The translations under genes and the position numbers were made by a program. From NCBI GenBank assembly GCA_045580565.1, contig JAZNOB010000033.1:1-37456 (forward strand): a stretch of DNA of 37,456 bases, read 5' to 3'. The notes beneath the pieces were generated by a model. It searched no databases. It had not been told where the DNA came from and was given only the letters and a program-made list of their open reading frames with translations. This DNA is from Ruminococcus sp. GTDB lineage: Bacteria > Bacillota > Clostridia > Oscillospirales > Ruminococcaceae. This document shows, in pieces, positions 15,112 through 26,200 of this stretch (position 1 is its first letter; the number at the start of each line of letters is the position of its first letter).

Positions 15112-17517
15112 TCATTTTGCTACAAAATTAACCAGCTTGTTTGGTACATATATCTTTTTCAGAACGGTTTTTCCTTCAAGAGCTTCCTGAATCTTAGGCT
15201 CATTCTCAGCCATTTCAAGTACAGCATCCTTTTCTGCGCCAACAGGAATGTTCATCTTGCACTTGACTTTTCCGTTTATCTGAGCTACGATCTCAACTGT
15301 CGCATCAACACAGAGAGCCTCGTCATATGTGGGCCACGCCTGTTCACTCAGGATGCCGCCGCAGTGTGCTTCGTACATTTCCTCGGTGATGTGTGGTGCG
15401 AAAGGATTCAGCAGCATGATGAGTGTTCTCAGCTCTGCACGGTTTACGCTGCCTGTTGCTGCTATATCATTGAGCAGCTCCATCATTGCTGCGATAGCTG
15501 TATTGAACTTCAGGTTCTCGATATCCTCAGAAACCTTCTTGATAGTCTTGTGCATCTTGGACTTTATCTCGTCACGGTATTCATCGCCGTCAACAAGAAC
15601 ATCCTGAAGCGCCCATACTCTGTCAAGGAATCTCTTGCAGCCCTTGATGCTGGATGTGCTCCACGGAGCAGTCTTTTCAAAGTCGCCTACGAACATCTCA
15701 TAGAGACGGAGTGTATCTGCACCATAGTTTGCTACTACATCATCAGGGTTGATAACATTTCCTCTGGACTTGGACATCTTCTGACCGTCCTCGCCCAAGA
15801 TCATGCCATGGGATGTACGGCGCATATAAGGCTCTGTTGTGCTTACCTTGCCCAGATCGAAGAGGAACTTATGCCAGAAACGTGAGTACAGCAGATGGAG
15901 TGTTGTATGCTCCATGCCGCCATTGTACCAGTCAACAGGCATCCAGTAGTCGAGAGCTTCCTTGGAAGCAAGCTCGTTCTTGTTATTCGGGTCACAGTAA
16001 CGGAGATAGTACCATGAAGAACCAGCCCACTGAGGCATTGTGTCTGTCTCACGTTTAGCAGCACCGCCGCACTGAGGACAGGTTGTATTGATGAAGCTTT
16101 CCAGTGTGGACAGCGGGCTTTCGCCGTTGTCGGTAGGCATATAGCTGTCAACATCCGGCAGAGTCAGCGGCAGCTCGCTTTCCGGCAGAGCAACATAGCC
16201 GCACTTCTCGCAATGTACGATCGGGATAGGCTCGCCCCAGTATCTCTGACGTGAGAATACCCAGTCACGAAGTTTGAAGTTTACCTTGCTTACGCCCTTT
16301 CCGTTTGCCTCCAGCCATTCCTTGATCTTTACCTTTGCCTCCTCTACAGTCAGACCGTCGAGGAAGTCGCTGTTTGTCATAATGCCTGTTTCGCAGTCGG
16401 AGAAGGCTTCCTTTGTAACATCTCCGCCCTTTACAACTTCGATGATCGGCAGGTCAAATACCTTTGCGAAATCGTAGTCTCTTGTATCGTGTGCAGGTAC
16501 AGCCATGATTGCGCCTGTACCATAGCTCATGAGAACGTAGTCAGACAGGAAGATCGGGATCTCCTTGCCGTTTACAGGATTGATGCCGCATACGCCGTCA
16601 AGGCGAACGCCTGTCTTTTCCTTAGCCATTTCTGTTCTCTCGAAGTCAGACTTTCTTGCAGCTTTTTCCTGATATGCACGGATCTCGTCCATATTCCTGA
16701 GACTGCCGCTCCACTTTTCAATAAGCGGATGCTCCGGAGACATTACCATGTATGTTGCGCCGAAAAGTGTATCAGGTCTTGTTGTGTAGACCTTGAGAGT
16801 ATCACCCTCAGTTGTTGCGAAGTCGACCTCAGCACCGGTAGAACGTCCGATCCAGTTGCGCTGTGTTGTCTTAACTCTTTCGATGTAGTTCACATCATCC
16901 AGATCATCCAGAAGTCTCTGTGCGTACTCTGTGATCTTCAGCATCCACTGGGACTTGACCTTACGTACTACCTCGCCGCCGCAGCGTTCACAAACGCCGC
17001 CTACAACTTCCTCATTCGCAAGTACGACCTTACATGAAGTACACCAGTTTACAGCCATTTCCTTCTTGTATGCAAGACCCTTCTTGAACATCTGGAGGAA
17101 TATCCACTGAGTCCAGTGGAAGTAATCGGGGTCAGTTGTGTTTACTTCTCTCTCCCAGTCAAAGGACAGACCCAGAGACTGAAGCTGACCCTTGAAACGT
17201 GCTACGTTATTCTTTGTAACGATTGCCGGATGGATCTTGTTCTTGATGGCAAAGTTCTCAGTAGGCAGACCGAATGCGTCCCAGCCCATTGGGAACAGTA
17301 CGTTATAGCCTTCAAGACGACGCTTTCTGGATACGATATCCATAGCGGTATAGGGACGGGGATGTCCGATATGGAGACCCTGTCCTGACGGATACGGGAA
17401 CTCAACAAGCGCATAGAACTTAGGCTTGCTGTAGTCTGTTCCTGCACGGAAGGAGTTGTTGTCCTCCCAGTACTTCTGCCATTTTTTCTCAATGGCGGTG
17501 TAATCATACTTGCTCAT
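15112..17517 (-). CDS. leuS: Leucine--tRNA ligase
   Basis: FPYPSG, HIGH, KMSKS, editing domain TTRPDT and [12 protein letters not shown]. Confidence 0.97.
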   Translation of the reverse strand: MSKYDYTAIEKKWQKYWEDNNSFRAGTDYSKPKFYALVEFPYPSGQGLHIGHPRPYTAMDIVSRKRRLEGYNVLFPMGWDAFGLPTENFAIKNKIHPAIVTKNNVARFKGQLQSLGLSFDWEREVNTTDPDYFHWTQWIFLQMFKKGLAYKKEMAVNWCTSCKVVLANEEVVGGVCERCGGEVVRKVKSQWMLKITEYAQRLLDDLDDVNYIERVKTTQRNWIGRSTGAEVDFATTEGDTLKVYTTRPDTLFGATYMVMSPEHPLIEKWSGSLRNMDEIRAYQEKAARKSDFERTEMAKEKTGVRLDGVCGINPVNGKEIPIFLSDYVLMSYGTGAIMAVPAHDTRDYDFAKVFDLPIIEVVKGGDVTKEAFSDCETGIMTNSDFLDGLTVEEAKVKIKEWLEANGKGVSKVNFKLRDWVFSRQRYWGEPIPIVHCEKCGYVALPESELPLTLPDVDSYMPTDNGESPLSTLESFINTTCPQCGGAAKRETDTMPQWAGSSWYYLRYCDPNNKNELASKEALDYWMPVDWYNGGMEHTTLHLLYSRFWHKFLFDLGKVSTTEPYMRRTSHGMILGEDGQKMSKSRGNVINPDDVVANYGADTLRLYEMFVGDFEKTAPWSTSSIKGCKRFLDRVWALQDVLVDGDEYRDEIKSKMHKTIKKVSEDIENLKFNTAIAAMMELLNDIAATGSVNRAELRTLIMLLNPFAPHITEEMYEAHCGGILSEQAWPTYDEALCVDATVEIVAQINGKVKCKMNIPVGAEKDAVLEMAENEPKIQEALEGKTVLKKIYVPNKLVNFVAK

Positions 17518-17570
17518 GTTTCTTCATCCTTTTATTTTAGATTTTGGCTCTCTGTCATATGCAGTTTTTC

Positions 17571-17655
17571 AATCCCCTCAGTCAGCATCGCTGACAGCTC
17601 CCCTTACTAAGAGGAGCCTTAGTCGGTGTGCTTCGCACATAAATTTGATTTTATC
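17571..17655. repeat. REP-like multi-hairpin intergenic repeat
   Basis: Hairpins GTCAGC-ATC-GCTGAC, GCTCCCCTT-ACT-AAGAGGAGC and GTGC-TTC-GCAC; second hairpin matches the repeat at 37429-37455. Confidence 0.7.
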
Positions 17656-17676
17656 TGCTTTTGAAACAGAACCTTT

Positions 17677-18012
17677 TTATTGCTTATAATACGCTTTTAT
17701 ATCCTTACCAAATGCAAGAAGCGCACCTGCACCCAGATCAAGGAGACCCTCTCCGAGATACAGCCAGTATATCCAGCCGCTGCCCAGATTTGTGATATTC
17801 GTCCAGAAGTGGGCGATAAATAAAATGCCCAGATATGCTGCAATTATATAATTCGTAAATGGAACACGCTTGTAAAGCAGCATAAATATTACCCCTGCTG
17901 CCAGAAGCGTTATAACATTTCCCACTGAAAATCCCAGAATCAGGTTAAGCACATTTTTTGCTATAAGATAAATGCCTATTGCAAACGCCATTTTTCTTCC
18001 GGTTTCAGCCAT
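17677..18012 (-). CDS. Hypothetical small membrane protein (about four TM segments)
   Basis: RBS GGAGG, 111 aa hydrophobic ORF co-oriented between rsfS and leuS. Confidence 0.8.
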   Translation of the reverse strand: MAETGRKMAFAIGIYLIAKNVLNLILGFSVGNVITLLAAGVIFMLLYKRVPFTNYIIAAYLGILFIAHFWTNITNLGSGWIYWLYLGEGLLDLGAGALLAFGKDIKAYYKQ

Positions 18013-18026
18013 TATATACTACCTCC

Positions 18027-18389
18027 TCAGTCCTGCTTCAGCCACTGTGAAATTTCAATATGCTCGCCGTCCGCCCACATACGCTCCAGCTTATAGAAGT
18101 CTCTTGCTTCCTTGTAGAAAACGTGAACGATAACGTCGCCGTAGTCAAGTACTATCCAGCTTGAACCGTTGCCTCTGCCCTCTCTGCGGATAGGCTCGAT
18201 ACCCATTTCAGACAGCTTGTAGTCAACCTCGTCTGCAAGAGTACGTGTGTGCGTTGTACTTGTACCGTTTGCGATTACAAAATAGTCGCCCAGAATAGTA
18301 AGCTCACCTACACCGATAACCTGAATATCCTCAGCACGCTTACTGTCCAGAGCCTTTACTATTGTTTCAAGAATCTTGTTTTCTGCCAT
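18027..18389 (-). CDS. rsfS: Ribosome silencing factor RsfS
   Basis: DYFVIANG, WIVLDYGDVIVHVF, FYKLERMW. Confidence 0.95.
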   Translation of the reverse strand: MAENKILETIVKALDSKRAEDIQVIGVGELTILGDYFVIANGTSTTHTRTLADEVDYKLSEMGIEPIRREGRGNGSSWIVLDYGDVIVHVFYKEARDFYKLERMWADGEHIEISQWLKQD

Positions 18390-18402
18390 ATATTATCACT
18401 CC

Positions 18403-19740
18403 TTAGCTATATATATTCTGACGTCCGGCATCAGTATCACCATCGCTTATATCCTCAAGGTTCTCCTTGTTGCCGTCGTATGTGTTATCCTTATACTGTC
18501 CCGCAGGAACAAGCTCTGTTATAGTGCTTTCCTCGGGATATATCTCATTCTGATAGGGTCGGAAATATCCGTTGATTATATCAATGGTCTCATTCTTGTG
18601 AATTGAATACACCGACTGACCGTACCACATTGCACCCTCGCCGGGCACCATGAAGATATTCACGCTGTCAAGGGTCAGACGCTTTGACGCAAAGTCCGCA
18701 AGCATACTCATCTCGGCAAGAGAAAGGTCTGTTGCCAGCCATTCATTCTCGTAGATCTCCTCCATGGCGTCCATAAGTCCTGCTTCGCCCATAGTAAGAA
18801 GCTTTTCCATAGCTGCTGCAAGGAAGATTCTCTGAGCCTTGACTCTGCCTATATCGCCCTCGTCATACTCTCGTCTGAAGCGGATGAACCATTCAGACTG
18901 CTGACCGGTAAGAACCTGCTCACCGGCAGGAAGCACCTTGTCAGCCTCGTACATGATCTCCTCAGGAAGTGTGATAGGAATACCGCCCACTGAATCTACG
19001 ATATGCTTTATATCCTCACAGTCAAGCTTCACATAACAGTCGATCACAACGCAGAAGCTTTCCTCGATGCAGTTTACTGCACGCTGGAGCTGTGTAACTC
19101 CCTGCTCCTGTCCTGAACCGTATACGCTGTTGAACTTGCCTGTTGAAGGGTTTGCATAATCCGGCATAAAGCTGTCTCTCGGTATCTGGAGAACATTCAT
19201 CGTGCCGGCAAACAGATCAAACTGGAATATCCAGTTTACATCTGCGAGCATACCGCTTTCATCCATGCCCATAAACAGAAGGGTATACTGACCCTCGACT
19301 ATCTGGTTAAGGTTCAGTCCGTCATTATGTGCGTCTTCCTTTTCAATGACCTCCTGTTTCAGGTCAAGCTCCTCCACCTCATCAGGCTTCGGCTTTTCCA
19401 GCTCGCCCTCCTGAAGAATAGCCGGCTGAGCACGCTTCAGGGTATCCATATACGATATCTGTTCTATAGTCACCTCATTGCCGCTTACAGTACGATATGA
19501 AACGATAGGCAGATTCACCCCAAGTCCTATAATTATCGCAGCAGCTGCTGCTGCTGATACAAGTTTCAGACCTGCATTCAGAAGAATGCTCTTCCAGTCT
19601 TTTTTCTCCTTCGGCACATTCGCCGGATCATCTGTGTAATATCTCTCTTCCCTTTCATATCCCTGTCTGCGTTCACGCTGCTCGCCGCCTCTGTGAGACT
19701 GCACTGAGCTGCTGCGGCGCACCTGCTTTTTGTTTCTCAT
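18403..19740 (-). CDS. LCP (LytR-CpsA-Psr) family cell-wall polymer ligase
   Basis: N-terminal TM anchor, IPRD, KFN, DSVGGI, RFR...GDIGRVKAQ. Confidence 0.88.
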   Translation of the reverse strand: MRNKKQVRRSSSVQSHRGGEQRERRQGYEREERYYTDDPANVPKEKKDWKSILLNAGLKLVSAAAAAAIIIGLGVNLPIVSYRTVSGNEVTIEQISYMDTLKRAQPAILQEGELEKPKPDEVEELDLKQEVIEKEDAHNDGLNLNQIVEGQYTLLFMGMDESGMLADVNWIFQFDLFAGTMNVLQIPRDSFMPDYANPSTGKFNSVYGSGQEQGVTQLQRAVNCIEESFCVVIDCYVKLDCEDIKHIVDSVGGIPITLPEEIMYEADKVLPAGEQVLTGQQSEWFIRFRREYDEGDIGRVKAQRIFLAAAMEKLLTMGEAGLMDAMEEIYENEWLATDLSLAEMSMLADFASKRLTLDSVNIFMVPGEGAMWYGQSVYSIHKNETIDIINGYFRPYQNEIYPEESTITELVPAGQYKDNTYDGNKENLEDISDGDTDAGRQNIYS

Positions 19741-19767
19741 TGTATTTTCACCTTACCCAATCAGCAC

Positions 19768-20355
19768 TCAGATATGATATGTGTCATCGGGAAACATACG
19801 TGTATATTCGTTATATGCCTCCAATGTGAAGTGCGGAATAGCTGCACAGCGTTTTATCTGCTTTTTCATGGAATACCTGAGTGCATAGAGCATTCCCTTT
19901 TCAAGGCTCCGGTCACAGGTCTCACGCATTATCTCAACACCGCTGTAGTCTCTCTCCTCAGAGGTCATATCTCCAAGATAGACTATCTTTTCAAGCTGAG
20001 ACATTCCGCTTCTTCCAATAGTATGATATCGCACTGCATTCAGGATATCTACGTCAGCAACGCTGAAATATGTTCTGAGGAAATATGCACCGGCAACACC
20101 GTGCCAGACCTTCCATGCCTGAGCCTCCTCGTCACAGAAGTCCATACCGGAAAGAACTGCCCATTCATACTGCTGTTCTCTGGGGTCCTCCTTGCATATA
20201 TCATGAACCATGCCTGCAAAGTACGCCTTTTCCTGATTCTCGCCGTAGATCTTCGCAAGTCTCCGGCATTCCTTTGCCACATTCATAGTATGCTCGTATC
20301 TTTCTTTGGAAAGCCGTTCCCTCAGAAAAGCCTGCATATTCTGTACATCATACAT
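19768..20355 (-). CDS. yqeK: HD-domain Ap4A hydrolase YqeK
   Basis: RYEHT, HDICKE, WHG, YHT; follows nadD. Confidence 0.92.
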   Translation of the reverse strand: MYDVQNMQAFLRERLSKERYEHTMNVAKECRRLAKIYGENQEKAYFAGMVHDICKEDPREQQYEWAVLSGMDFCDEEAQAWKVWHGVAGAYFLRTYFSVADVDILNAVRYHTIGRSGMSQLEKIVYLGDMTSEERDYSGVEIMRETCDRSLEKGMLYALRYSMKKQIKRCAAIPHFTLEAYNEYTRMFPDDTYHI

Positions 20356-20373
20356 AAGCTCCGCCTCCTTTCA

Positions 20374-20976
20374 TCATCTGCCGTACAAATGACGCTTTAC
20401 TATATATTGTACTACTTTTTCCTGCAAATAGCAAGAACAATCTTCATTTTTTTTGAGAGAGCTGCGAATTTCTGTAGATGACATAGGAAGAACATCCTCC
20501 CATAGCACATGAACCTTGCCGTATTCCGACAGTTTCACAGCCTGTTTTGTGAGGATATCGCCGTCGCCCTCGTTTCTTGAAATACATCCAAGCTCAGCAT
20601 ACTCCATTATTTCCTGCCAGCAGTACCATCTCTCAAAGCTCATAAGCATATCGCTTCCCATGAGAAGTACAAGCTGAGAATCCGGATAAAGCTCTTTCAG
20701 ATACCGCAGTGTACATACGGTATAGCTTACATCACTGTTTTCAAGCTCGTAGCTGCTTACGCTCATATTTTCCCTGTCCTCAACCGCAAGCCGCAGCATC
20801 TCATAACGGTCGCCGCCGCTGGTAACGTCTGCCTTATCACGCTTAAAGGGTGAAATATTCGCCGGCATGAAAATTATCTCATCAAGGCTGAGCTTCTCCA
20901 TTGCCGTTTCCGCCAGATGAAGATGTCCCTTATGCACCGGATCGAAGCTTCCGCCGTATATGCCGATACGCTTCAT
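20374..20976 (-). CDS. nadD: Nicotinate-nucleotide adenylyltransferase
   Basis: GGSFDPVHKGH, SYT, MGSD, SSTEIR. Confidence 0.95.
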   Translation of the reverse strand: MKRIGIYGGSFDPVHKGHLHLAETAMEKLSLDEIIFMPANISPFKRDKADVTSGGDRYEMLRLAVEDRENMSVSSYELENSDVSYTVCTLRYLKELYPDSQLVLLMGSDMLMSFERWYCWQEIMEYAELGCISRNEGDGDILTKQAVKLSEYGKVHVLWEDVLPMSSTEIRSSLKKNEDCSCYLQEKVVQYIVKRHLYGR

Positions 20977-21270
20977 TTATGCCTTCAGGTCAATTACCGG
21001 ATCCTGAGGATTGCGCTTGTAGAGTACAAAACGATTTCCGATAACCTGTACTACCTCAGACTTAGAACGCTCTGCAAGGATAGCTGCTGCTTCCTTTGCG
21101 TCATATTCGCAGTTGTCCAGAACGTGGATCTTGATAAGCTCACGCTTCTTCAGTGCGTCCAGAACCTGCTGTACCAGCTGATCGCCGATACCGCTTTTGC
21201 CGATCTGAAAAATTGTCTCATATGTGCTTGCAATGCCTCTCAGCTTTGCTCTCTGTTTGCTTGTAAGCAT
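20977..21270 (-). CDS. yhbY: YhbY/CRM RNA-binding protein
   Basis: LTSKQRAKLR, IGKSG, ELIKI, VQVIG. Confidence 0.93.
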   Translation of the reverse strand: MLTSKQRAKLRGIASTYETIFQIGKSGIGDQLVQQVLDALKKRELIKIHVLDNCEYDAKEAAAILAERSKSEVVQVIGNRFVLYKRNPQDPVIDLKA

Positions 21271-21271
21271 A

Positions 21272-21853
21272 TTATCTCTCCTCCAAATATTTCTTCATCA
21301 GCCTGAGAGCTTCTCCTCTGTGGCTGATACTGTTCTTTTCATCATCTGTCATTTCCGCAAGGGATACGCCGTCCGCATAGAATACGGGATCATAGCCGAA
21401 GCCATTTTCGCCCTTTTCCTCTGTGCCGATGATACCCTCGCACTTGCCTGTGAAGAAGTGTCTCTCTCCGCTTTCGTCAATAAAGCATATCTCGCATACA
21501 AATCTTGCGGTGCGCTTCTCCTTAGGAACACCTGCAAGCTCACTGAGAAGCTTCCGGCATCTGTCCTTGTCGATGGCATTTTCTCCGGCATATCTGTGGG
21601 AATATACTCCCGGTGCGCCGCCTAAAGCGTCCACCATAAGACCGCTGTCATCTGCAATTACAGGCGCATTCAGTCGCTCAAATACTGCCGCTGCTTTAAG
21701 CTCTGCATTTTCACGGAAGGTAGTGCCGTTCTCTTCCACCTCAAAATCAGCACCTGCCTCACGCTGGGATATTACTTCCATTCCGAAAGGCTCTAAGATC
21801 TGAGCCATTTCACGGATCTTATTCTTATTATTTGACGCAAGTATAACCTTCAT
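21272..21853 (-). CDS. rdgB: Non-canonical purine NTP pyrophosphatase (RdgB/HAM1)
   Basis: ASNNKNK, ADDSGL, GFGYDP, SHR. Confidence 0.95.
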   Translation of the reverse strand: MKVILASNNKNKIREMAQILEPFGMEVISQREAGADFEVEENGTTFRENAELKAAAVFERLNAPVIADDSGLMVDALGGAPGVYSHRYAGENAIDKDRCRKLLSELAGVPKEKRTARFVCEICFIDESGERHFFTGKCEGIIGTEEKGENGFGYDPVFYADGVSLAEMTDDEKNSISHRGEALRLMKKYLEER

Positions 21854-23280
21854 CACACACGCTCCTCACGCTCAAAAAGAGCATTTACAAAGTCCTCTGC
21901 GTGGAAAGGCTGGAGATCGTCGATCTTTTCGCCCACGCCGATAAGCTTCACGGGAATGTCAAGCTCGTTCTTGATGGAAACGATAATGCCGCCCTTTGCT
22001 GTGCCGTCAAGCTTCGTAAGTACGATACCGCTGATATCTGCTGTTTCCTTGAAAAGTCTCGCCTGATTTACAGCGTTCTGTCCGGTTGTTGCGTCCAGAA
22101 CGAGAAGCGTTTCCACACTGCAGCCCTCGGCTCTTGTTGAAATGATACGGTTTATCTTAGCAAGCTCCTGCATGAGGTTCTTCTTGTTGTGAAGTCTGCC
22201 TGCGGTATCGCAGATAAGTACATCGCAGCCTCTTGCCTTTGCAGCTTCGATGGCGTCATACACAACTGCGCCCGGATCTGAACCCTCTGCGTGCTTTACA
22301 AGCTCTACGCCTGAACGCTCTGTCCATACTTCAAGCTGGTCAATAGCCGCTGCACGGAATGTATCTGCTGCCGCAACGATGACCTTCTTGCCCTCTGCTT
22401 TAAGCTGATGGCACAGCTTACCGATAGTGGTGGTCTTGCCTGCACCGTTTACACCAATGACCATGATTACTGAGGGCTTTGTATCAAGCTTCAGTCCCTG
22501 ATCCTCACCCAGCATTTCGCTGATGATCTCCTGAATCATGCCCATGATCTCATTAGGATCTGTGACGCCTCTTTCCTTGATGCGCTTGCGGAGAGCATTG
22601 CAGATAGTCTCGGAGGTTTCAACGCCCATATCGCCCATTATCATAGTCTCCTCAAGCTCGTCGAAAAGATCCTCGTCGATCTTGGTAAAGCTGCCCAGAA
22701 CGCTCTGGATCCTGCCCATCATGGATTCCTTGGTCTTTCGGAGTCCCTCTCTGATCTTTGCAAAGATGCCCTTCTTTTCCTTGACAGGCTTTTCTTCCTG
22801 AAGTTCTTCCTCAGCTTCTTCTGCTGTTTCTTCCTGTTCAGCTTCAGGTTCTGTCTCAGTTTCTTCTGTTACCTCAGTCTCAGCTTCAGATTCAGTTTCA
22901 TCCTCATCATCGCCGGCATCCGGATAATCATAGTCATAATCGTCCTGCTCATCAATTTCCTCTGGAAGAATATCGTATTCCTCATCCTGAGAAAGAGCTG
23001 CAAGCTGAGCTGCCTGTGATGCAAGAGCTACCGCCTCGGCACGTTCCTTTTCAGCAGCCTCAGCAGCTTCTGAACGCATACGCTCCTCTTCCTCACGTAC
23101 TGCGGCTTCACGCTCGCTTATAGCAGACTCAACATCATTGTCTGGAGCGCCTGCCTCAGCAGGCTCCTCTTTCTGCTCCTCCTGAGCTTCCTTTTCCAGA
23201 AGCTCCTCCTGCTCCTCGCGGCGTTTTCTGCCGAAAAAGCCTTTCTTTTCCTTTTTATCCTTCTTTCCAAAAAAAGCCAT
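21853..23280 (-). CDS. ftsY: SRP receptor FtsY with long acidic N-terminal domain
   Basis: [27 protein letters not shown]. Confidence 0.96.
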   Translation of the reverse strand: MAFFGKKDKKEKKGFFGRKRREEQEELLEKEAQEEQKEEPAEAGAPDNDVESAISEREAAVREEEERMRSEAAEAAEKERAEAVALASQAAQLAALSQDEEYDILPEEIDEQDDYDYDYPDAGDDEDETESEAETEVTEETETEPEAEQEETAEEAEEELQEEKPVKEKKGIFAKIREGLRKTKESMMGRIQSVLGSFTKIDEDLFDELEETMIMGDMGVETSETICNALRKRIKERGVTDPNEIMGMIQEIISEMLGEDQGLKLDTKPSVIMVIGVNGAGKTTTIGKLCHQLKAEGKKVIVAAADTFRAAAIDQLEVWTERSGVELVKHAEGSDPGAVVYDAIEAAKARGCDVLICDTAGRLHNKKNLMQELAKINRIISTRAEGCSVETLLVLDATTGQNAVNQARLFKETADISGIVLTKLDGTAKGGIIVSIKNELDIPVKLIGVGEKIDDLQPFHAEDFVNALFEREERV

Positions 23281-23299
23281 AGCTTACTCCTTTCATCTC

Positions 23300-26200
23300 T
23301 TATGTGCCGGTATTTCCTGCATTAGAGGTTTCTGCTTCAAACTCATCCTGCTCCATTCGCAGAAGCCTTGAAACGCCGTTTTCCTGCATGGTAACGCCGT
23401 AGAGTACCTTTGCCTCCTCCATTGCACTTCTTCTGTGAGTTACAAGTATGAACTGGGTGGTCTTTGTGAAATTGTGGAGATACTGAGCGTATCTTCTTAC
23501 ATTGCCCTCGTCAAGGGCTGCGTCGATCTCGTCCAGAATACAGAAGGGTGAGGGCCTGAGACGAAGGATCGCAAAGTAGATAGCGATCGCTACAAAGGAC
23601 TGCTCGCCGCCGGAAAGTGAGATCAGATTCTTGATGACCTTTCCCGGAGGTGCAACGTGTATTTCAATTCCCGATTCGAGAACATTTTCAGGATCGGTGA
23701 GAGTGAGGTTAGCCTCGCCGCCGCCAAAGAGGTCACGGAATATGGACTTGAAGTTCCGGTTTATTTCCGCAAAGCTCTCGGAGAATATCTTCTGCATCTC
23801 CTCGGTAAGCTCCTCAATGAGCGTTTCAAGCTCAGCCTTTGCCTTTTCAGCGTCCTTCATCTGAGCTGTAAGAAACTTCCATCTTTCGGAAACCTCCTCA
23901 TACTCCTCTATAGCTGCAACATTTACACTTCCCAGTGCACGTATCCTGCCCTTCAGGGACGCAAGCTCTCTCTGCGCTGCCGCTAAGTCCTCCAGCGGCT
24001 TTGCCATTTCCATAGCCTCTGTACGTGTCATTTCATACTGCTCCAGAAGCCTGTGGATAATGCTGTCGTACTCATTCTGCACGGAGATCCTTCTCTCCTC
24101 CAGTCTTGTTACAGTTCCGGCATATTTCTCCTTGGCTTCATTTGTCGCCTTCATGCCCTCCTGTACCTGACGGATATGCTTTTCCTGAGTATCATGTACA
24201 GTTTTCCAGTGAGTCATATCCTGAGAAGCGTTCTGCTTTATCTCCTCAAGAACTCTGAGTCTTGCCTTTGCATTCTCAGCCTCCTGCTTTTTATCAGCAA
24301 TAAGCTTATAGGTTTCAGCAAGCTCATTTCTTATCTGTACAGCACGCTCTCTTGCATTCTTCTTCTGCTCCTCCGCACTGTCAAGCTCACGCTGGAGAGC
24401 GTCGATATCCTTTTCAAGGGACGCAGTCTGAATACGCATCTGCGCTCTCTTTTCTGCAAGAGTATTCTGCTCCTCACGGAGACTATCACGCATTCCCTGC
24501 GTCTCTGCAATACGGGACTGTGTGTCTCTTATCTCATTATCTGCATCAGCAAGAGCCGCCGTAAGAGCTGTGTATTCTTCCTTTGCCTGTTTATTCTTAT
24601 TCTGAAGCTCCTGCTGTTCTGCAATAAGCTCATTCTTCCTTGCGTCTATCTGCTTTAAAAGATACTGTTCCTTGTCACATTCAGCCTTTGCCTGCATATA
24701 TTCAGACTCAGCCTGTGCGCATTTTCTGCGCAGTTCCTCAACAGCTGCCTGCATTTCCGCTGTTTCAGCCTCTGCCTTTGCAAGCTTCTCTGCATTCTCC
24801 TGCTCACGCACCCTGAGAGCATCTATGGTCTGTTTAAGAGCAGATATTTCAGTCTTACGTGTGATCATGCCGCCGCTTTTCTGGGCTGAGCCGCCTGTGA
24901 ATGAACCTCCGGCATTGATGACCTGACCATCAAGAGTTACGATACGGAATCTGTAGCCGTATTTTTTTGCAATATCCGACGCATAGTCAAGATTCTCAGC
25001 TACAGCTATCCTGCCCAGAAGTGACTGGACGATACCTTCATGTACAGGCTCATATCTTACAAGCTTACAAGCGTAATCCACAAAGCCCGGCTCGTTTTCA
25101 AGACCATGCTCCTGAAGTGTTCTGCCCTTTACAGATGTAACGGGCAGGAAGGTCGCACGTCCTGCACGGTGCTGGGCAAGGAATCGGATCCATTTTTTAG
25201 CGGAAGCCTCATCGTCAACGATGAGATTCTGCATTGCTCCGCCAAGAGCCGTTTCAATGGCAACACCGCACCGGCTGTCAGCTTCTATACACTGTGCAAC
25301 CGTACCGTGTACGCCGGATGGTCTGCCGCCATCTGCTCTGAGGACTGCCTTTACGCTTCCTGCAAAGCCCTCCATGTTCTGCTCCATATCAGTAAGCAGC
25401 TTCTGTCTCTGCTGCTTTTCACGAATGGAAAATGCTATCTGGTTTCTCTCAGCACGAAGTGCGTCTGCCTGACGGAGTGCGTCGCCGCAGAGCTTCTGAT
25501 GCTCCTCTGATGACTTTCTCAGCTCGGAAAGTCTGTTTTCTGTTTCAGATAATACATCATTCCATTTCTGAGTTTCAACTGTCTGAGTCTCATACTCCTG
25601 AGCAATAGCAGCCATTCTCATAGTGCTGCCTGTAAGCTGTGCGCTGTATTCCTCCTGCTGGCGTACAAGTGCCTCACGCTGAACACGGTACTGTCCCTGC
25701 TTTACATAAAGCTCCTGAAGCAATCTGCTGGTTTCGTCAAAGCCCTCTGAAAGTCCTGCTGCCTTTCCCTCAAGCTTTTCAAAATCCCTCTGAACCTGTT
25801 CTGTTTCAACTCTCAGGGATATCTGCTGCTGGTGAAGCTTTTCCTCTCTCGCCTGAAGCTCTGCAAGATATTTCCCTGTACTTTCCGACTGTCCGGACAG
25901 CTCCTTTGCCTGAGCTTCAAGTCCGCCGGATCTCTGGAGAGCGTGCTGAACATCATTCTCGCATACAGCAAGTGCTGCCGTAAGCTGTGCAGTCTCCTCC
26001 TCAGCTTTTCTTATCTTTTCACGAAGCTCCTCGATTTTCAGTGTACTTTCCTGAAGGGTTCTGTAGCCGTCCTGTACCTGTTCCTCTGCCGCTTCAAGGT
26101 CACGCTGGATATTCTCATATTCAGCCTGTGCAAGCAGAAGCTCGTCCGACAGGCTCTGGAGCTTTTTCCTGAGAGCGTCCGACTGCTGAACCCAGAGTGA

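Noticed and set aside
17518-17676. T-box riboswitch upstream of leuS
   Set aside because: No GGTGGNACCGCG T-box sequence or specifier stem is visible; the hairpins match the dispersed repeat instead.
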